Below, piece by piece: positions 54,276-64,000 of a stretch of 64,000 bases of DNA. A model generated the notes under the pieces. That model worked only from the letters and a program-made list of their open reading frames with translations, was not told the origin of the DNA and searched no databases. Every line of letters starts with the position of its first letter. Position 1 is the first letter of the stretch. The translations under genes were made by a program, and so were the position numbers. This DNA is from Eledone cirrhosa (Eukaryota): the NCBI GenBank assembly GCA_964016885.1, contig OZ024757.1, forward strand, positions 18,786,001 through 18,850,000, in the 5' to 3' direction.

Positions 54276-54280
<5 letters not shown>
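53449..54280. repeat. Four tandem family B fold-back elements separated by variable (TA)n
   Basis: About 192-bp units, each with a perfect 57-bp-arm palindrome, e.g. 53526-53640. Confidence 0.92.
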
Positions 54281-54319
<39 letters not shown>

Positions 54320-54932
54320 CAGCATCTACATCAGCCGATTCTATTCAAATCACTTTATTAAACCATTTCAGTTTAGACTGTTACCATGTCTGAGTGAGGA
54401 GAGAATAGATGTTTGTATATGAAAATGTGTGTATATATATTATGTGTGTGTCTGTGTGTATATATTATGTTTGTGTGTGTGAGTATATATATATATATTA
54501 CATGTATGTATGTATGTACAGTATATATATATTATATGTATGTATGTATGTACAGTATATATATATTATATGTATGTATGTGTGTATGTACAGTATATAT
54601 ATATTATATGTATGTATGTGTGTATGTACAGTATATATATATATATATATAATGTATGTATATGTAATGTACAGTATATATATATGTATGTATGTGTGTA
54701 TGTAATGTACAGTATATATATATATTATATGTATGTATGTGTGTGTGTATGTACAGTATATATATGTATGTATGTGTGTATGTACAGTATATATATATTA
54801 TATGTATGTATGTGTGCATGTACAGTATATATATGTATGTGTGTATGTAATGTACAGTATATATATATTATATGTATGTATGTATGTACAGTATATATAT
54901 ATATATGTATGTATGTGTGTATGCAATATACA

Positions 54933-54982
<50 letters not shown>

Positions 54983-55104
54983 ATATATATGTATATCAGG
55001 AAAAATAATGTTAAATGATGATTGTGTATATATATGTTGTGTATATAGAGAGAGCTATTGTACTCACTACTAATTGTGGTTTCCTCTTCTGACTTGAGCA
55101 CCTC

Positions 55105-56120
55105 CCTCCACCCTACACCACACCACCCTACACCACACCACACCACACCACACCACACCACCCTACACCACACCACCCTACACCACACCACCCTACACCA
55201 CACCACCCTACACCACACCCTACACCACACCACACCACACCACACCACACCACACCACCCTACACCACACCACCCTACACCACACCACCCTACACCACAC
55301 CACCCTACACCACACCACCCTACACCACACCCTACACCACACCACACCACACCACACCACACCACCCTACACCACACCACCCTACACCACACCACCCTAC
55401 ACCACACCACCCTACACCACACCACCCTACACCACACCACCCTACACCACACCACACCACACCACACCACACCACCCTACACCACACCACCCTACACCAC
55501 ACCACCCTACACCACACCACCCTACACCACACCACCCTACACCACACCACCCCACCACACCCTACACCACACCACACCACCCTACACCACGCCACCCTAC
55601 ACCACACCACACCACACCACACCACACCACACCACCCTACACCACACCACCCTACACCACACCACACCACCCTACACCACACCACACCACACCACCCTAC
55701 ACCACACCACCCTACACCACACCACCCTACGCCACCCTACACCACACCACCCTACACCACACCACCCTACACCACACCACACCACCCTACACCACCACCC
55801 TACACCACCACCCTACACCACACCACCCTACACCACCCTACACCACACCACCCTACACCACACCACACCACCCTCACCACACCACCGTACACCACCACCC
55901 TACACCACACCACCCTACACCATCCTACACCACATCACCCTACACCCCACCACACCACCCACCCTACACCACACCACCCACCCTACACCACACCACCCAC
56001 CCTACACCCCACCCTACACCACGCCACCCACCCTACACCCCACCCTACACCACACCACCCACCCTACACCACACCACCCCACCCCACCCTACACTACACC
56101 GCACCACCACACGCTACACC
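55105..56120. repeat. (CACCA/CCCTA)n pentamer repeat
   Basis: Direct inspection. Confidence 0.92.
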
Positions 56121-56870
56121 AAAAAACAGACCAGAAGTTGTTTATTTTCTCCTATACAGTGGTTTGCCAGTAATCGGTAGAGCATCAGACACCACACTTT
56201 GCAGCATAGATTTACGGCCATTTAAGTACCAGTGATGCACTGGGGTAATTGCTGGCCTTCTGCCAAAAGGAGAAACTCAGGGCGGTGGATTGGCAGTATT
56301 GGTAGAGGGTTGGACGCCTTGCTTTGACGCATAGAGTTATGGCCCTTTACATTCTGAGTTCAAATCCCGCCGAGGTTAACTTTGCCTTTCATCCTTACGG
56401 GGTCGATAAAATAAAGTACCAGTAATGTACTGGGTTATTGCTGGCCTTGTGCCAAACGTAGAAACAATCATTTTCTCCTATACAGTGGATTGACTGTAAT
56501 TGGTAGAGGGTCGGACACCATGCTTTGCAGCATAGAGTTATGGCCCTTTACATTCTAAGTTCTCAATCCTGCCGAGCTTAACTTCCTCTTTCATCCTTAC
56601 GGGGTCGATAAAATAAGACACCAGTAACTCGGCAGAAGAAGTCTCCACTACTGCATCCCATTGCTGCTTTGTTCTTCCTAACCACCAAGTACCAGCAACT
56701 TAGTTATCCTCTGATGAGGAGACAAAAATGTCTGAAATACAGAAAAACAAATGAAAGTTGAAACTGTTAATTTCAAAACAGTCTTTATATTTACCTTAAA
56801 TTTACATAAAAATCTTCACACACACACACATAAATACATACACACATGCATACATACATACATACATACA

Positions 56871-56906
<36 letters not shown>

Positions 56907-56954
56907 TATATACGATATATTAACAAATGGAAACTATATTTATAAAACCATATT

Positions 56955-57019
56955 TATTTCATTATACATATTTCAAGGACACCAAGTTAAATTATGGTGT
57001 GCTTTCATCAGATAAAATA
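56955..57019 (-). ncRNA. Family C minimal hammerhead
   Basis: Minus strand tattttat-CTGATGA-aagcacaccat..ttggtgtcctt-GAAA-tatgta-TA-atgaaata. Confidence 0.72.
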
Positions 57020-57097
57020 TAATATAGAGCAGTTTTATAAATAAATATTGATATACCCTTAAAGAATGCGACCATTACTGTTGGAAGGTGCCGGATA

Positions 57098-57142
<45 letters not shown>

Positions 57143-57160
57143 TATACTCACACATATAGT

Positions 57161-57196
<36 letters not shown>

Positions 57197-57346
57197 CTCA
57201 CACACATAGACACATACATACACATATATATATATATATATACACACACATATACATATATAGATACTCACACATATGGACACACACACACACATATATA
57301 TATACATAGACACACACACATATATATATATATAGACAGACACAGA

Positions 57347-57418
<72 letters not shown>

Positions 57419-57674
57419 CATATATACACAGACACACACGCATATATACATAGACACACACACACACATATATATATATATAAATATACATAGACACAGA
57501 CACACACACCTCTCTCTCTATATATATATACATATATACACAGACACACACACACACACATATATATATATTTATATACACACATACAGTTACACCCAAT
57601 GTAAAGAAAAGCAACAGGTTTATATTCTTACCACTATATAAATTATTCAAAAGATGGTAATTTTTGTGTGTGTG

Positions 57675-57717
<43 letters not shown>

Positions 57718-57734
57718 GTGTGTATATATATGTT

Positions 57735-57781
<47 letters not shown>

Positions 57782-57886
57782 ATATATATGTGTGTGTGTA
57801 TATATATATGTGTGAGTGTATATATATATAGATGTGTGTGTGTGTGTGAGTGTATATATATATATATATATGTTTGTGTGTGTGTG

Positions 57887-57921
<35 letters not shown>

Positions 57922-57952
57922 ATATATATATGTTTGTGTGTGTGTGTGTGTG

Positions 57953-57998
<46 letters not shown>

Positions 57999-58087
57999 TT
58001 TGTGTGTGTATATATATGTTTGTGTGTGTATGTATATATATATATATGTATATGTGTGTGTGTACATATATATGTTTGTGTGTGTAT

Positions 58088-58137
<50 letters not shown>

Positions 58138-58261
58138 ATATATATGTATATATAAATATGTGATTGTGGGAACAGAATAGATAAGGTTTGAAATTAATGA
58201 AAACAAATTGAAACCCATACAAATACCCCGCTACACACACACACACATATATATATACTTT

Positions 58262-58760
58262 TGTCTCAAGCACCACACACACACACACACGTCTCTAGTC
58301 CTCTCCCCATCCCCAGCACCAAACACACACATACACAAACATATATATATATATATAGACACACCCGTCCCTCATCCCCTCTCACAAGCACCACACACAC
58401 ACACACGTCTCTAGTCCTCTCCCCATCCCCAGCACCAAACACACACATACACAAACATATATATATATATAGACACACCCGTCCCTCATCCCCTCTCACA
58501 AGCACCACACACACACACACACGTCTCTAGTCCTCTCCCCATCCCCAGCACCAAACACACACATACACAAACATATATATATAGACACACCCGTCCCTCA
58601 TCCCCTCTCACAAGCACCACACACACACACACGTCTCTAGTCCTCTCCCCATCCCCAGCACCAAACACACACATACACAAACATATATATATATATAGAC
58701 ACACCCGTCCCTCATCCCCTCTCACAAGCACCACACACATATACACACACATCTCGAGCA
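58262..58760. repeat. About 117-bp tandem repeat, 4 copies
   Basis: acgtctctagtcctctccccatccccagcaccaaac repeated. Confidence 0.9.
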
Positions 58761-59369
58761 CCACACACACACACACACACACACAAGAGTAAAATATTTC
58801 AGATCTAAAAATATTTACAAGTTATCTTAGTATTTTAATGAGTTACATTCTCTTATTCTTTCTTTCTTTTGTCTCTTACTGTTACACATATACACACACT
58901 CACACACATACACGCACATATACATACATACACACACTCACACACATACATACACACACACACACACACACATAAATACACGCACATATACAGGCACACC
59001 CATACATACACACATACATAGACACACACACACACATACACACATACTTACACATACACACACAGACACAGACATACACACACACACAGACACACACATA
59101 CATGCACACATACATACATGCACATACATACACACACACATACATACACACACACACATACATACATATACACACACACACAGACACACACATACATACA
59201 CACACACATATACATACACATACATACACACACATACATACACACACATAGACACATACACGCACATACAACACACACTTACACACACACAATGTGTCTC
59301 CCATCAAGCTGTGACTACAACAAGTAATGAAACTGGACTTCTACATTGCTGGTACAATTCATCATTGAC

Positions 59370-59645
59370 TGGCCTTCCATACTTTCTGTCAATTTAATGG
59401 TCTTCCATACTTTATGTCAATTCAATGGCTTTCCGTACTTTCTGTCAATTTAATGGTCTTCCATACTTTGTCAATTTAATGGTCTTCCATACTTTGTCAA
59501 TTTAATGGTCTTCCATACTTTGTCAATTTAATAGTCTTCCATACTTTCTGTCAATTCAATGGCTTTCTGTACTTTCTGTCAATTCAATGGCCTTCCATAC
59601 TTTCTGCCAATTAATGGCCTTCCATACTTTCTGCCAATTTAATGG
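59370..59645. repeat. 26-28-bp minisatellite
   Basis: ggtcttccatactttctgtcaatttaat, about 10 copies. Confidence 0.9.
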
Positions 59646-60130
59646 TAACTAAAGGGTTGAATTATTTCTGAAATAACATTTGTGGACCAAAACAACCATA
59701 TGTCTGTTGTGGTGGTGGTGGTGGTGGTGGTGGTGGTGGTGAAGATGGTGGTGGTGGTGGTGGTGGTGGTGGTGGTGGTGAAGATGGCAGTGGTGATGGT
59801 GAAGGTGGTGGTTGTTGTTGTGGTGGTGGTGGTGAAGATGGTGGTGGTGGTTGTTGTTGTGGTGGTGGTAGTGGTGAAGGTGGTGGTTGTTGTTGTGGCG
59901 GTGAAGGTGGTGGTGATGAAGGTGATGGTGGCGGTGGTGGCGGTGGTGGTTATGGCGGCAGTGGTGGTGAAGGTGGTGGTGGTGGTGCTGGTAGTGGTGG
60001 TGGTTGTTGTTGATGTAGTTGTTGCAGTAGCACGTGTCTTATGGTAATAATAGACAGGAATACAGATGGCTGTTTATGTAAATAGCTAAATGATTTTGTA
60101 TGTATGTATATTTGTGTCCAAATGTGTGTG

Positions 60131-60202
<72 letters not shown>

Positions 60203-60371
60203 GAGTATATTATACACTGACATGGGACAAATATAGGCACACCCAATCTCATTCTTACACAGATATCTATGTATATATATATATATATATATACACATAG
60301 ACACATATATATATATATATATATATTACATATGTATATATATGTAAATATATTATATATATATGTATATA

Positions 60372-60417
<46 letters not shown>

Positions 60418-60704
60418 ATGTACATATATACATATATAATGTACATACATATTTAATGTATGTGTGTGTATATATATATATGATGATGATGATGATGATG
60501 TAACATATATGTGTGTGTGTGTATATATATATATATGCTGATGATGATGATGATGATAACGTGTGTGTGTGAAAGGCGGAGGGAGGGAGTGTCAGACAGT
60601 ATTAAAAAAAATGTAAATATGTCATGAGGTTGGAGGGTGGGTGAAGAGGTGATAGACAGAAAGATTGGGGGGGGGGGGGGGGGTTAGACAAAGAGTGAAT
60701 AAGA

Positions 60705-60742
<38 letters not shown>

Positions 60743-60751
60743 TAGATTCAT

Positions 60752-60792
<41 letters not shown>

Positions 60793-60933
60793 TAGATAGA
60801 TTCATTGATATATATATATATATAGATAGGTAGATAGATTCATTGATATATATATATATATATATATATAGGTAGGTAGATAGATTCATTGATATATATA
60901 TATATATATATATAGATAGGTAGATAGATTCAT

Positions 60934-60987
<54 letters not shown>

Positions 60988-61284
60988 AGAGAGAGAGAGA
61001 GAGAGATAAGTAGATAGATAGATAAGTAGATATATGGTTAGATTGATTGATAGACAAATATATATAAAGATAGACAAGTAGTTAGATAGAGAAGTAGATA
61101 GATAAGAGAGGGATAGAGAAGTAGATAGATAGATAAGAGAGGGATAGAGAAGTAGATAGATAAGAGAGGGATAGAGAAGTAGATAGATAGATAAGAGAGG
61201 GATAGAGAAGTAGATATAGATTTCTAAGTGTCTTTAAGTGAAAACAGAAGCCACTGCTACTCTGCAGAAATGCCAAGTACTTAC

Positions 61285-61383
61285 CATTTTCTCAAGAATG
61301 TCTGCAGAAAAGATTGTTGTCTATTTCTAGAACCCATCCAATATGAATGCCATTGATTCTGAGACTCGACAAATTTTTGTACT
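61285..61383 (-). CDS. Candidate exon VQKFVESQNQWHSYWMGSRNRQQSFLQTFLRK, or a 17-nt microexon at 61285-61301
   Basis: ATG|gtaagt donor; acceptors attgtag or cttttctgcag; the 99-nt version is open in one frame. Confidence 0.5.
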
Positions 61384-61788
61384 CTACAATAGTGTTAGAA
61401 TTATTTCAAGATGGCTGCCTGGATGGATGGATGGTTGTGTCATATCGTTTTAGAGTCAGGGAAGGACAGGGAGGAGTGGGGAAGGGTGGATTGGGGGTAG
61501 GCTTGGCTTGGCTGGGTTGGGGTGTGTGGTGGTTTGGTGTGGTAGGTTGGAGGGGAGGTGAGGCTGTGTGAAGTAGAACGACAATAGACAGTAAAATAAA
61601 AAGTATATATGTGTGTGTGTGTGTGTGTATCTAAAAAGTAGTACGCACACACACACACACATGTGTATGTGTGTATATGTATGTATATATATATATATAT
61701 ATGTATAAATATATATGTATATATAAAATAAATTCTATCTAATCTTAGAATCACAGGAAGGAAATAACTAAATAAATATAGTGATTTT

Positions 61789-61838
<50 letters not shown>

Positions 61839-62159
61839 TATCAATTTATGGATAAAAAGGATTGATTTCCACCACCCCATCTCCACCCTCCATCCTTATG
61901 ACAGGAGAAAGAGGGCAATATATGTGACCTTCTTCGACTCTGAAATATTGGTAGGAAGAAGGGAGGGAATTGAATTGACAAAGGATTAAGTCTTTGGCTG
62001 TGTCAAAAGCAAGACAACCTCCTTAATGCTGGTGATATGATAAAAATACACCCAGTTCACTCTGTAATGTATGCTGTCATATGCAAGCAAATAAGATCAT
62101 TGATTGCCCTAATCTGTACACAAAACACTGAGAAAATACAGTTAAACCAACCACTGACT

Positions 62160-62855
62160 TACACTCATAATTCCCATTAAACCAACCTACACTCATAATT
62201 CCCATTAAACCAACCTACACTCATAATTCCCATTAAACCAACCTACACTCATAATACCCATTAAACCAACCTACACTCATAATACCCATTAAACCAACCT
62301 ACACTCATAATACCCATTAAACCAACCTACACTCATAATTCTGGTCAAACCAGCCTATACTCATAATTCCCATTAAACTGACCTACACTTGTAATTCCCA
62401 TTAAACCGACCTACACTCATAATTCCCATTAAACCAACCTACACTCATAATTCCCATTAAACCAACCACCAACCTACTACACTCATAATTTCCATTAAAC
62501 TAGCCTGCACTCAATTACCATTAAAACAACCTATACTCATCATTCCCATTAAACCAACCTACATTCATAAGGGGGCCCACAATAATTTTCTATTTGTTTG
62601 TTGCAAGGGCCTCACAATGTTTTTCAATTTGTTTATGCTATAAGGAGGCCCGCAGTAATGCTGTTCAATTTGTTTATGATGTAAGGGCCCCACAATGTTG
62701 TTTAATTTGTTTATGTTGTAAGGGGTCCTACAGTAATATTGTTCAATTTTTTTATGGTACAAGGAGGCCCACAATAATGTTGATTAATTTGTTTATGGTA
62801 TAAGGGGTCCTACAGTAATGCTGTTCAATTTGTTTATGATATAAGGGGTCTTACA
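62160..62855. repeat. Adjacent 28-bp and about 38-bp minisatellites
   Basis: ttcccattaaaccaacctacactcataa, then tgttcaatttgtttatgatgtaagggcccacaat. Confidence 0.9.
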
Positions 62856-63074
62856 GTTCTGTTGTGTTATTTGTGAAAAGTGTCCCTTAATCTGATTAAG
62901 GGATATTTTTTCACATTCCTTCTCAGAATTTATAAGTAGTTTTAAAGGATTATATATATATACACAGGGTGTCCAAAAAAATGTATACATGTTTTTATTC
63001 GAATGCTGCTGAAGTGTGTATACGTCTTTTTGGGGACACACACATTTATATATATATATGTGTGTGTGTGTGTT

Positions 63075-63202
<128 letters not shown>

Positions 63203-63326
63203 GAAGGATTTGGATTAATGAGATTTTAAAAATGTAACAAAAATAAAGTGGATGAAAAATAGTACACACTCAAATAAAGACACACACACATATATATATC
63301 TGTACCTATACACATACATGTCTGTA

Positions 63327-63368
<42 letters not shown>

Positions 63369-63452
63369 TAAATATATATATAGGCATACTGGTGTATATA
63401 TATATATATTAATTCAAAATATTAACAAAATAGATATTCTTGTGATCAAGTA

Positions 63453-63519
63453 TATTTTATTATACATATTTCAGAGGTACTGAGTTAACTTCAACAGTAC
63501 GTCCTCATCAGATAAAATA
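63453..63519 (-). ncRNA. Diverged family C hammerhead
   Basis: Minus strand tattttat-CTGATGA-ggacgtactg..cagtacctct-GAAA-tatgta-TA-ataaaata. Confidence 0.75.
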
Positions 63520-64000
63520 AGATGATGCATGACATACCCTGAGATGGTAGATGTATTGTAAAACTCATTCTTTGATTTATTCATTGAACTTTGTTTAACC
63601 TTTAAATATATCATTTTTTCATCATTTCATCATTTCATTTTACGTCCACTTTTCCCTGCTTGCAAGGGTGGGACGGGAACTGATTCTGGCTTGATTTCTA
63701 CAGCTGGATGCCCTTCCTAACACCAACCTCATTTACAGTGAGTGCTGGGTGCTTTTTTCCGTGGCACCTCCACGACCACTTTGCAGTGGAATGATAGGGA
63801 TCCCAGTCCCTATCATCTCATTTCTACAGCTGAGTAAACTGGAGCAACGTGAAATAAAGTGTCTTGCTCAAGGAAACAACACATCACCCGGTCTGAGAAT
63901 TGAACTCACAACCTTTCGATTGCAAGGCCAATGCTCTAACCACTAAGCCATCTGCCTCCATATATATATATACACACACACACAGACATATCTGTGTATA

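Noticed and set aside
53449-54280. CRISPR-like repeat-spacer array
   Set aside because: Repeats are about 190 bp, spacers are just (TA)n, there are no cas genes, and the context is eukaryotic
56705-56745. Hammerhead CTGATGA-ggagacaaaaatgtct-GAAA
   Set aside because: Stem II is present but there is no recognisable stem III, NUH or stem I partner; a relic at best. The same applies to about 40470-40503 (minus)

Overview
Eukaryotic, extremely microsatellite-rich genomic DNA. The SINE and RTE repertoire suggests an octopod cephalopod, but this is inference. Almost all listed ORFs are translation artefacts of (TA)n, (CA)n and trinucleotide repeats. Real content: three tRNA-derived SINE families, 5'-truncated RTE and CR1 LINE relics, mariner, piggyBac and Tc1-derived MITEs, many minisatellites, a 3.5-kb 20-bp satellite, and a few short candidate exons of an unidentified, mostly minus-strand gene. 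The most striking signal is about 20 hammerhead-ribozyme (HHR) motifs from at least six sequence families (CUGANGA / stem II / GAAA / stem III / NUH / stem I). Most sit in short asymmetric fold-back elements inserted in (TA)n tracts, and locus-specific variants are copied into both arms. This fits non-autonomous Penelope-like or retrozyme elements. No Penelope RT or GIY-YIG ORF is visible in this window.
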